Source: Savitreella phatthalungensis
Lineage: Eukaryota
Reading direction: 5' to 3'
Length of the DNA stretch: 64,000 nt
Assembly (NCBI GenBank): GCA_051599415.1
Contig: AP039700.1
Span: 310,001-374,000, forward strand
This document shows, piece by piece, positions 10,450 through 21,122 of this stretch. Each line of letters opens with the position of its first letter. Positions within the stretch are counted from its first letter, which is position 1. Under the pieces are notes generated by a model. The model ran no database searches. It had not been told where the DNA came from and saw only the letters and a list, made by a program, of their open reading frames with translations. Position numbers and translations under genes: made by a program.

Positions 10450-11463
10450 TGTGCAGAAGGCCTGCTGACCGTTTTTGTCCGTCTCAAAGTCTGCAGGACC
10501 TACAGTTCTTGTGCAGCTCAGAGGACGTCATTTGGACGACAGAGGTTAGCGTGATGAAACGTGATGAGCTCTGCACTCTTCTGCCAAACTTGATGCGCCT
10601 TGTAGATTTCTACATCTTGCGTTCTCTGGCAACCCCTACTTTGGTCTTGATTGTGAAGTGGTAGGGAGCTAGTCGATGCAAATGATATGCCAAGTATGAT
10701 GTCTATCTGGCTGATCCTCTTGAAGCGTCTTTGGAAGCCTGACCGGCGTGATTTGAGAATTGCGGGAATTGGTGGCTTCTGCGAATTGCTTCCGCAAATT
10801 CGACGACGACATCGATCCACTTGATCAGAATCATAATGACGGGTTTTGGCTTCACAAGTTTGGGTTTGACAACTTGCTCGCCTACAACAAGAAGTCGTGC
10901 TTGGGGAATCTGACGTGCGATCAAGCGGCCGTCTGGAGGGAGAGCACTGGCCCGATGTTGGGATCAGCACTCTCATGATGAGTAGCAATCGCGGAGACGC
11001 CTTGACTCTCCATCATGATGTCCGAGTGGCGGAATCGGAGAAAGTCTTCAGGGACAGTAAGTGCGCCAAGTGTGGAAAGAGAGTATCTGGCCATCTGGCG
11101 AAAGTTGAACACGCGGTTGTCTGGCATGGATTGCTGGCTGTCCGCAGGCCTGCTGGCAACGTTGTGTTTCTCTTCGAGACAACGCTCAGGCAGGCACGCA
11201 AATCTGTACCGGCAGTGTCGCGAAGCAAAATCGCGCGATCAAAGACATCCACTATACGTCGGGTCCAAGGATACTTGCCAGCGTGCTTGGCGAAGCGCGT
11301 CCCCTTTTTCGGCAGAATTTTGGAGAAGTACCATCGACTACCGGATGAAGTAATGGTTTTCGACAGGATCGTTCTTTGTGTTGTCACAAGTCGCTACCAA
11401 GACGCCCGGAATGGCGACACCGGAACGCACTGTCCTGTCGTCATCCTGAGGCTGTCGGCGTGA
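10450..11463 (+). pseudogene. Degenerate gene B, copy 2, with a C2H2 finger
   Basis: CAKC-x12-H-x4-H (CAKCGKRVSGHLAKVEHAVVWH) near 11062-11128; coding-like fragments broken across frames; similar to 2300-2900. Confidence 0.45.
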
Positions 11464-12915
11464 CCAGAGTTTGGGAGCCCAAAGACAACTTTATTGGGCT
11501 GGAGGCTTGGTTGTCTCGATTGGGCGTGGCATGACGACACGGATGGCAACATAGGGGCGTAGAATCTGGGATATGTATACAGGGCGCCCGGAGAGGTGGA
11601 TTGATTCCTATGTAAATATCGGTCGCCATTGAATTGCCGCCTGCGGTGCAAAGTCGTAGGTTGAGACAGGACCGACGTTGTGTCCACTAGTGTCGTCACA
11701 GGTTGCTGCCATGGCGTCGAAGATGTCGGCGCCAATCAAAACACGTGCACTACAGAGGCAATCTATCAGGACATACCCATTGTCCCGGACCTGCCCAGCA
11801 TAGTCCGGATCAGGTGCTGAAATTGATCGAATGATCCATGACACCATGTATCGGCCGGCCAAATGGCTTGAGTGCTGGGCGCGGCCTGGCCTGTAAGACG
11901 GTGAAAGCTGCCTGAAATCAGGCGGCCACCTTCGAGATCCAGTTCGAGTGTTGACCCATGTTTATTGAGAAGCCTCCAATTTGTACAATGTTGACCTGGT
12001 TGTGACGAATTTGACCCGGGTTCAACTTCGACTGGTGGCTCATGGCACTGCCTTCAAGTGGGGAGGTTCAGATCCAGCTTGCGGGCTAAAAAACTGACTC
12101 AGCGGTATCAATAGCCGCGCAAGCTCAGACTTCACTGACTATTCACTGTTTACAACAACCCGTTAATTTTGATTTCAAAATTCAACACGAAGACGGGAAC
12201 ATCTGCGACTGGGACCTCCGGGGTTGGCAAGTTGGGAAGTTCACATCGATGCATTAGACAAAATGATGCCTAATAGAGGGCGAAGGAATGCCGGCTAAAA
12301 GAGTTTGGTCGTGCCGGCCGCCCATGCGCGCTGCTTTCGCGGGCACATCGAATCATAGCCCCGTCCTGCAACGATGATAGATATAAACATTCATCGGTAA
12401 AATCCTCGATACCGGGAACTTCGAATCTGGTCATTTCGCTTATTCATCGTGCGTGCTGATTTTGCGATGATGTCATCAATGCAAGGAATTATCCCGCGGT
12501 GCTCAAGCGTACATCGTGCTAAGCGAGAAATCTGAATGTTCCACCATTCGGAGAATTTGTGCTTGCAAGCCACAATCCGATCAAATTCAAAGGATCAGGT
12601 TCCCAACGGACAAACTCTGCGGCATCCCGCGCACCATTTATCCATGGAAAGTCCAGGAGAATCTGCGAGCAAATCAAATGTTGGGGTTTTGGGCAATCTC
12701 AGATATGATCTGTGGGCGCATGATGTCGCGTGATGCATTTATTCCCTGACTTGACTAGAATTGACTGGAATCTTGTTACGTCAGACTTGCCTTCGACTCC
12801 CCATGGAATCACATATGTGTATATATAGGAACAGAAATGTGCAGCAATATGGATCGGATACCTGTCACTTCAAATTTCGTCGTCGTCGTCGTCGTCTCTT
12901 TGTGCACAAGCAGTC

Positions 12916-13578
12916 ATGCCCAAGAAGCGTACAGCGCTTTCTGATGGCGAGGAGCAATCCAACAAGCGACGCGATAGCTCCCCGAAGGAGCTCTCCATGC
13001 CCAAGAAGCGTACAGCGCTTTCTGACGGCCAGGAGCAATCCAACAAGCGACGTGACATCTCTCTGAAGGAGGCTACTCGGATGTTCAAGTGCGCGGCCGG
13101 CTCATATGACCTTAACAGCAATCTGACTGAGGGCAAGCGGAACTTCATTGAAACAGCGTTGGCACTGGATCTGCCCTCCTCAGATTCGGCCAGACCATCA
13201 TCGTCGAATCCTCAACCACCAAACACAGCCACTGGACTAAAGTCAGTCAAGTCTCGCACAATTCGGGAGACGACTTCAGGAGCAGAGCAGCAAGACGCAA
13301 ATTGATCGGCTCTACAGTCCTGCAGACAACCTGACGCACTGATCACGGACCACTTGGCCATCTGTGACGGATCCTCTACCTTCGGGTCAATCCTGAAGTC
13401 AGTAGAAGTCCGATGGCATCATTGGTTCGTCAAGAACAAGAAGTGCGAGCATACTTCTCCAAGCGCTACTGAGAGCTTGTCAAGCGTCGTTCCAGGAGGT
13501 CGAAGGACGATGTCCCTTACGTCAGATGCCTGCTACTTTCTCGACAACGCACATTGCTTCTGTTCACGAACCAGAGAC
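12916..13578 (+). pseudogene. Truncated, frameshifted paralog of ORF A (left arm)
   Basis: MPKKR start (duplicated 81 bp), SSDSARPSSSNP, frameshift then stop at 13305, then LITDHLAICDGSSTFGSILKSVEVRW matching ORF A LVTDHLAISGGASTFTSILRSVEARW. Confidence 0.8.
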
Positions 13579-14287
13579 CGTTGCCGTGATCGGCTCTGAC
13601 AGCTTCTATGGCAAGATAGGTCTTGTCTGGATCGTGAGTCGCAGCAATCTGCTCTGTCGTGAAAGTAGCAGGCATCTGACGTAAGACATATCGTCCTTCG
13701 ACCTCCTGGAACGACGCTCGACAAGCTCTCAGTAGCGCTTGGAGAAGTATGCTTGGGCACTTCTTGTTCTTGACGAACCAATGATGCCATCGGGCTTCTA
13801 CTGACCCAAAGGTAGAGGATCCGCCACACATGGCTAGGTGGTCCGTGATCAGCTGCACCAGGTTGTCTGCAGGACTGAAGAGCCGATCTGTTTGTGTCTT
13901 GCTGCTCTCCTTGCGCGCTTTCTGATCTTGTACTTTGCTCTCCTCCTGCAGTCGTCTCCTGAACTGTGCGAGGTTTGACTGTCTTTGACCCAGATTGAGT
14001 GTGTTTGGTCGAGGATTTGATGACGGTCGAGGATTTGATGACGACCATCCAGGATTCGATGGCGACGGTGGAGGATTCGACGACGATGGTCCTGCCGAAT
14101 CTGAGGAGGGCAGGTCAAGTGCCAACACTCTTTCAATGAAGTTCCGCTTGCCCTCAGTCAGATTGCTGTTAAGGTCATATGAGCCGGCCGCGCGCTTGAA
14201 GATCCGAGTAGCCTCCTTCAGAGAGATGTCACGTCGCTTGTTGGATTGCTCCTGGCCGTCAGAAAGCGCTGTACGCTTCTTGGGCAT
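13517..14287 (-). CDS. Short paralog of ORF A (N-terminus + winged-helix-like segment only), open frame; may be a pseudogene
   Basis: ATG of MPKKR at 14287 (ORF track starts 14332). NLVQLITDHLAMCGGSSTFGSVEARW..ALLRACRASF..PATFTTEQI matches ORF A aa ~489-565. Lacks the protease, recombinase-like and zinc-finger parts. Confidence 0.55.
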   Translation of the reverse strand: MPKKRTALSDGQEQSNKRRDISLKEATRIFKRAAGSYDLNSNLTEGKRNFIERVLALDLPSSDSAGPSSSNPPPSPSNPGWSSSNPRPSSNPRPNTLNLGQRQSNLAQFRRRLQEESKVQDQKARKESSKTQTDRLFSPADNLVQLITDHLAMCGGSSTFGSVEARWHHWFVKNKKCPSILLQALLRACRASFQEVEGRYVLRQMPATFTTEQIAATHDPDKTYLAIEAVRADHGNGLWFVNRSNVRCRESSRHLT

Positions 14288-15699
14288 GATTGCTTGTGCA
14301 CAAAGAGCTGATGATGACGACGACGACGACATTTGAAATGATACGGTCTCCTATCCATATATAGTGATGCACATTACTGTTCCTATGTGATATCATGTGA
14401 GGAGTCGAAGGCAAGTTAGACGGGTACCTGCATATGGTTAACGAGATTCCAGTCAATTCTAGTCAAAGTCAAAGAATAAATGCATCACGCGACATCATAC
14501 AACCACAGCTGATATCTGAGACTGGCCAGGTCTCAATGTTTGATTGTTCGCGCTTTCACACAAGAGCCATGAATTGCTTGCAGAGTCTCCTGAACTTTCC
14601 ACAGGGGAATGGCGCGCGGGATGCTGCAGAGCTTGTCCGTTTGCAACCTGATTCTTTGAATTTGATCGGATTGTGGCTTGCAAGCACAAATTCTCCGAAT
14701 GGTGGAATATTCAGAATTCTCGCTTAGCAAGATGTGCTCTCGCGCGGCGCAAGACAATTCTCCTGCATCGATGAGATCACCACAAATTTTAGCCAGCACG
14801 ATGAATGAAGGGGACTAACGGGACTTGAATTTCCCTGCATCGGGGATTTTACCGCATAAGCTGGGGTAATAACAGCTAGTCGTCTGGAGGTAGCAAAATT
14901 CAAACCATCATCAGACGTACGATTTATCCCTACCGCTATTGCTTGAGTATCGTACGCAATCTTGGGCTTAGCTTCAGTCCTACGCAATCTCGGGCTTCCC
15001 TTCAGTCATTGGAGTGCTCATTGATGTCATGGCTTTTCGATCGGCGGTCCTGGCGGATCTACTACTCCAAAAGTCACGCATGCGCCGTGTATGTGTGGAG
15101 AGCGGGTCTGTGAAAGCTTCCGTAAGTTCTGGACTCGGCTGCAGGTCTGGATCTGATGGATGTTGATGTTTACCATCGTTGCAGGTCGGGGCTATGATTC
15201 GATGTGCCTGCCAAACCATCGCGCATTTGCGGCCGGCACGAACGCCCAAAACTTTTTAGCCGGTTTCCCGCCGCCCTCTATCGTGCATCATTTTGTCCAA
15301 TCCATAGATGTGAGCTTCCCAATTTGTCAAACCCAGTCCCCAGTCTCCGGTCCCCGGTCCTTGAGGTCGAGCTCTAAAGGGAAACACATGGGCCACACCA
15401 GACCTTGTTTTCCTTCCGTAACTGAACTTGCACTTTGACTGCTGGTTCAGACTCACTTAGCACATCAGACTTCACAGACTAGTTCTGTAGCCTGGTTCCA
15501 TTCCTTCTTCCTTTGCTTTTCCCCCAGCTGTCTGTGATCGAGTCAGATACAAGTCTGTGTTCGAGTGAGACGGCACATGGAGAATGCCACATCATCACGA
15601 GTTGAAAGCGCGCTTCCCTAAGTCAGAGGGTTCATCGGGTTTCCCCGCCGTGGAGCGGTCCTACGGTGTGATCAAGCGCTCTGACAGCAAACACTTGAG

Positions 15700-17600
15700 A
15701 TCAAGGCAGCATTTGCTACTAGGACAGCCCGGCGGGCGTTTTTTGTGAGTCCCACTTCTTCGAGGATCCATTGTATAATGTTTCTCATCATGAACTGAAG
15801 CTGCGTGCGGAACGCCATCGTGCTGCACAGCAACTCGTGCGGACCAGTCCATCCACCGCATGTGCTGCAATGTGCATGAACGATATCAGCATGGGCGTGC
15901 CCTCTGTGCAAATCATTTGCAACACGCCCAGCAGCAACATGCCCATTCCGCTTGGTGCAAGCTATTCTCCATGGCGTCTGTTGCCTCACATCACCCACAA
16001 CGCATCGTGGCCCTGGCCAGCATCACTTGCTGAAGTGACAGAACGATTGTGTGCAGCATACGATGCGCCGCGGCAAGCTTGATAAGGCCACGCAAGGAGG
16101 GAAATAGAAGCCCTTCTCAGCAGGATCGTCACACTCCAAAGACCCCGTCGCCCTGTCAGCGGCGTACCCGAAATGGATCTCCAAGCAGGATAAGAGCTTA
16201 TAGGCTTCCACGGAGTCTTTCCTCATTTGAGCAGCACTTGTCAGATGATCTGCAGCCGTGGAGACCATCATTGTGGAGACATCAATGATCGCCGCTTCTC
16301 ACTCTTTAGTCACACTGTTGAGTGAGTGAGCCTCAGCGCGCCTGACCGCGGTCTTTGTGGAGCCTTTTGAACAAGCATGTTTCGACGCCATTTTGACGCC
16401 GATCTCATGCTTCGCCAAAGTATTTTTGAGCACTGCGCACAGGCCAGCATGGCAACTCTGTCAATGCCCTCTCCGTGCTTCCCCGGAAAGGTCTGCAGGC
16501 GTTGTGGGTGAGCAAGCTTCGCCACATGAGATGATGCGATCACGTCGCATTAAAAGTTTGTTGGGGATCATAGGCGAGCTTTTCTCGACAGTCGTGAAAC
16601 GCCACCATTCTTTTAGCATAGTACGGAGGAGACCTGGACAAAATGCATGCACTACCACAGTCTCCGTCGAGCATCATGCGCGAGCAACCCTTGTGATTCC
16701 GGGGACGACTCTCACACATTCCGACACAGCGTTTGTCAGACTCGTAAGCCGGAAAACATCGGCGTGCTCTACGTCATTGTCCTTTGTGGCTCCTGAGCGA
16801 GCAAAGTCTCGACACTAGCAGGAAGAGCGAAGATTCGCATGCTCCCATCCAGTCAGGTCAAGGATGACGCCCCGGAGAGATGAGTCGGCCACAGTTGGAG
16901 GGGTGGAGCAGCCATGCAGCGAGGCAGCCACAGGAACGGCCTTTAGCCTCTCGAGATTTGATTTTGGTCGGAACAACAAATCACTTGGACTGGCGCCTGA
17001 GCTTCTTGGCGGAGCTGCTAGTGTGATCGCTTTCATGCTCGTGAACGGGACGCTGGTGATCAAGATACATGGCTTCACGTTGCGCTCAAACACAATTGAA
17101 GTCTGTGTATGCGAGCGCGGCCTGACCTCGATAAGGTTGTCATGTCACTCGCGTGCTTCACCATGGTGTCCCTCAAATCTGACACACCGATTGCCATGCG
17201 GGAGAGTGCCCATCGAGATACCGCAGGGGCGTTGACGAGAGCGCTATGCTCCTGTTCATTTGCTCTTGGAGGCTATCAAAGCCACATCTGCATCTATTCG
17301 ACGACGAGCTGTCCCCGCTCGATCCTGATTTCGTCTGAGAAGCTGCTGAAAGTCGCAGTCGTATCTCTGCATGTGTACCTCGAGACGGGACAGTGTCGAT
17401 CAGGCATGTTCCGGAAATTCACGAGCTTCCTTATTCGTGAGGATACCGATCGCGTGGTAGCGTATACCGACGAGCAGATCTGGAGGATCGACGCGAAGTC
17501 TTGGAGAACTGATCAGAGAGAACTCGGACTCGAGATCGGAGGCGGCTCTCTCTCTCTCCTCTCCCAAAATGGCGTGACGATCATCCGCGGAAGAAAATCC
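15700..17600 (+). pseudogene. Degenerate gene C, copy 2
   Basis: Collinear peptide matches to 52-2010(-), plus nucleotide matches such as TCAGCGGCGTACC / TCAGCCGCGTACC and AAGCTTCGCCA. Multiple stops and frameshifts. Confidence 0.5.
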
Positions 17601-18148
17601 CCGTCATCTGAGTGGCTCGGATTAGCCAACAGGGGTTCGAATCAATCGTGCAACCACATAATGCAATTTGCAATTTGAAGCGATCTAAATTTGAATTTAT
17701 TTGGAGACACGGAATTTGAAAGCAATTGAGCGCTTTCACCTTCTGAAACAAATTGACAGCATAGACTCGATCTTATTCTAGTATGCAGAGGATTACAATG
17801 AATTGATTCTCAATCAATCATTCACGCATTCACCCAATTAATCCACTGACCGCTCCTATACTCATACTCATACTCAGACTCATACTCCAGCTAATCACAG
17901 CCAGTTTCATCTAAATCGCGTCACATCCGGGGAAGCCACGATGGGAGAACCCGTATATCCGTGACCCGTTATCCTCCAGGAAGATCCTCCAAATACCATA
18001 ACGACTAAGAGGCATCCGAAATCACTCCCAAAGATAAGACGCTGGATGTCAGCCTTATAAAGCTGCGGGTTCCCATAGGTTCCTCTCACCCCAGTATCCT
18101 CACCCCAGTATCCTCAGCGCAGGCACTCCTCCTACCCATTTCCTCTAC

Positions 18149-18184
18149 TCTCCTCTCCTCTCCTCTCCTCTCCTCTCCTCTCCT
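18149..18184 (+). repeat. (TCCTC)n microsatellite
   Basis: About 7 pentamer units just upstream of the ATG at 18210. Confidence 0.9.
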
Positions 18185-18209
18185 TTCCTCCCCTCTCTCA
18201 CTCACGAAC

Positions 18210-19637
18210 ATGCTTGCTCTGGCGGCAGTCGATGTAGCAACAAATAGACCAAATGCTAGCATCAGCTCAGGCGCTACACGCCGGCGAGCGCTGCCGTACT
18301 ACATGGGCGGCACTAGCGGGATGTCTGAACGGAGCACAATCACTGCTGCAGACCGACAGGCCATGAGCTGCCGCCCAAATTGCCTGAGTGTGCCGTGGGT
18401 GCATGGGCCCGAAAGCGTTCCAGGGTACGGCCACGAGGACAACAGCTTCAAGCCACTCCTCTACGCCCTCGTTGCCAGACCTCCTCGATCTTCACACCCA
18501 AAGTCGGACCCGTCAACAGGCGTCGAGTCGTCTGGCAGCTCGACACACAGCACAGGCTCACGTGGCGGACCGAGGGCAGCGACCTCCACAGGCACGATCA
18601 CAGTTCCCAAAAGCGTGAAAAAGTCGGCGGTGTTCGCGCTCGAGTGTCCGACCTTTGGCGAGCAATTTGTGTTTGGGCCTGGCGTTGGTGTTGACGGGGA
18701 CGGGCTTGTGCGTGGCGGGTACGCTGCCAGCGGGCGACACCTGCGCCGGATGGTGGAGTCGTCGTTCGGAATGTATCGCGAGCGTCTCCCGAACACATGG
18801 GGCGCGCCAGGAATTCACCCAGGAGGAGGAGCAGCAGCAGCAGCAGCAGCAGCACCCCTCTCCACAGACACTCACTCGCAGCACTCCTCCCTTTACCGAA
18901 CCGCACTCGAGATCCCATCCCCCGGATCACCCGTCTGCACGGTCGATCGCCCCCGCAGACCGCGCGTCAACATTCGACAGAAGGACCCGAGTGTGCGGGT
19001 GACGTTGCCGCGGTCAGGTGCTGTGGTGGAGGTGGTAGTCTGCCGTGGCGGATACTGCTCGTTCAGGGTGCCCGGATCGCTTCTCGGTGGTGGCAAGGAT
19101 GGTCAGGTGGAGTACACGTGGCAGCTGCGGTGGCTCGAGCCGATCGGCGGGACATCCATCTCGTCGTCTGTGTCTCGGGACCCGCCACGGCTCAGGGACG
19201 CCGTCTTGCGGAAGCAGGGTGAGAAGGCCATTGCCTGGTACATCCCCACAAAAGATCCCCTCATCCGTGATCACCAGGAACCAGACATCCTACACCGCCC
19301 GTCACCCTCAGGTCGCAGCACCCCAATCCCAAGAATCACCTCGTCGAGCTCACTCCGAGGACAATTCTCCCAGGCCGGCGTCACCATCGATAGAGAGTCC
19401 TCGAGGAGCGCACGCTCCGGTGGAGACCGTACACCAGAGTACGATCACGCCTCATACCAGCTCGGCACGCTTGTCTCCCGACTCGATCTCTCACCAATCG
19501 ACCGGGAGCTGACTGTGAGCACGTTCGGAGCAATCTACGGAAGGGTGGTCGGTGCAGTGACGAGCGGAGTCGATCTCGCTGGCCTCGAGAGCATGCTCTT
19601 GTCTGGTCACAAGCTGGCCGGTATGTCGTGGCGGTGA
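18210..19637 (+). CDS. Hypothetical protein, 475 aa
   Basis: ATG-initiated 1.4-kb ORF after a pyrimidine-rich leader, with a TATAAA at ~18056. Ser/Gly-rich linkers and beta-rich segments; family not recognised. Confidence 0.75.
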   Translation: MLALAAVDVATNRPNASISSGATRRRALPYYMGGTSGMSERSTITAADRQAMSCRPNCLSVPWVHGPESVPGYGHEDNSFKPLLYALVARPPRSSHPKSDPSTGVESSGSSTHSTGSRGGPRAATSTGTITVPKSVKKSAVFALECPTFGEQFVFGPGVGVDGDGLVRGGYAASGRHLRRMVESSFGMYRERLPNTWGAPGIHPGGGAAAAAAAAPLSTDTHSQHSSLYRTALEIPSPGSPVCTVDRPRRPRVNIRQKDPSVRVTLPRSGAVVEVVVCRGGYCSFRVPGSLLGGGKDGQVEYTWQLRWLEPIGGTSISSSVSRDPPRLRDAVLRKQGEKAIAWYIPTKDPLIRDHQEPDILHRPSPSGRSTPIPRITSSSSLRGQFSQAGVTIDRESSRSARSGGDRTPEYDHASYQLGTLVSRLDLSPIDRELTVSTFGAIYGRVVGAVTSGVDLAGLESMLLSGHKLAGMSWR

Positions 19638-21103
19638 TGCGACGAGCGGAGTTGATCTCGCTGGCCTCGAGAATATGCTCTTGTCTGGTCACAAGCTGGC
19701 CGGTATGTCGTGGCGGTGATGCGACGAGCGGAGTTGATCTCGCTGGCCTCGAGAGCATGCTCTTGTCTGGTCACAAGTTGGCTGGTATGTCGTGGCGGTA
19801 ATGCGGCGAGCAGTAGGCCGAATCGCATATTACCAGAGTGTAAATTTCCAATATCTTCCACAGTTGATATGGTGAGCACATCTGTGGCAATTCTCCGGAA
19901 CGCCACGGGCGCTGTTACGAGCGGTGTGAATCTCCCTAGTGTACAGAAAATGCTCCTGTCTGGTCACAAGCTGGCTGGTATGTCGGGGCGGTGATGCGAC
20001 GAGCGGAGTTGATCTCGCTGGCCTCGAAAATATGCTCTTGTCTGGTCACAAGCTGGCTGGTAAGTCGTGGCGATGACCGCGATTTATGGGAGGGCGGCGA
20101 GAGCGGTTTCGAGCAGCGTCAGTCTTGCTGGCCTTGAAGAATCTGCTCGTCTGATCGCAAGCTCGCCTGAATGTCATGGCGGTAGTACGATGATCTGTGG
20201 GTCAGATCGCGCGATAGAGTACGTGGTGTCGTACTTGGGGACGCGGCGTCGATTCCCGCACCCTCGCACCCACCGAATACGAACTCTGATCGCTCACGGT
20301 CTCCCACGACAAGGCACGTTTGGTGCGGGCAACGGGCAGGTTGCCTGTGCAGTAACGAGCGACGTCAACCTCGCTGGTCTCAATGACATGCTCATATTCG
20401 GCTACATGCCCGCCCATATGTCGTGGCAATAGCGTGAGTCATAGAGCAATTCGGAATAACAGATTGCGACGATTCAGTATCCCCCATATCTGACAATGAT
20501 TACATCGCCGGCGACTCCTTGAAGGGCCATGGCAGCAGTCACGAGCGGTGTCGATCTTGCTGATCTGGGAAGTATGCTTCTGTCTGCTCACAAGCTAGCC
20601 TGGATGTCATTAAATGAGAGACTCGATCGCCGACGGTCTCCCACGAGAAGGGGCACGTTTGATGCCGTTTGCGGACAGGTTGTGAGTGCAGTGACGATCG
20701 GCGTCAATCTCGTCCGGAGAGCAGCCTCTCGTCCCGCCGCAAGCTCGCCTGGGATGTCATAATGGTAGTGCGACGACCAAGGGGTCCAGACCGTGAGTTG
20801 GGGGTAAGCACATGCAGGGAAATTTACGAGTGGGTCACCGGTGCAATGGCGAGCGCCGTCACTCTCGCTGGTCTGCCGCAGATGATGCTCTTGCCCGTCG
20901 CATCCTGGCTCATGTGTGGTGGCGTTAGCGTGATGAGCGATAGAGCAGATCGCGAGACAGAGGAATCTCACAGACGGTCACCACATCTGGTGCGCTTTCC
21001 CGGCGAGTCATAGGAGCAGTCATGAGCGGCGCCAGTCTCGAGACGTTGGTCCGCAGAGCGTCGTCTCGTCTGCTCACAAGCTCGCCTGGATGTCATGGGG
21101 GTA
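19559..21103 (+). repeat. Array of 11 copies (gene end + 10 downstream copies) of the 3' end of the 475-aa ORF
   Basis: Core GACGAGCGG..GATCTCGCTGGCCTCGAGA..TGCTCTTGTCTGGTCACAAGCTGGC..ATGTCGTGGCGG-stop at about 19559, 19641, 19723, 19916, 19998, 20109, 20354, 20540, 20693, 20847 and 21021. Confidence 0.92.
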
Positions 21104-21122
21104 AAAGATATTTGATACATTG

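Larger units (their letters stand above)
12395..14855. repeat. Long imperfect inverted repeat (arms ~12395-13578 and ~13620-14855, spacer ~40 bp)
   Basis: The reverse complement of the right arm aligns with the left arm from CGGTAAAATCC (12395 / 14854) to CTTACGTCAGATGCCTGCTACTTTC (13516 / ~13685) and slightly beyond. Each arm carries a module copy (12516+, 14729-). Confidence 0.95.
1..17650. mobile_element. Cluster of decayed copies of a putative multi-gene mobile unit (gene C <-, gene B ->, shared module, gene A ->)
   Basis: No housekeeping genes. The same segments recur: a module at 3921/9156/12516 (+) and 14729 (-); gene A homologs at 4465, 12916 and 14287(-); gene C relics at 50-2000(-) and 15700-17600(+); gene B relics at 2300-2900 and 10450-11460. 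No termini or TSD identified. Confidence 0.45.

Noticed and set aside
19559..21103. CRISPR-like repeat/spacer array
   Set aside because: Units are ~80 bp or longer and derive from a coding 3' end; the intervening sequences are related to each other; no cas genes; eukaryotic context.
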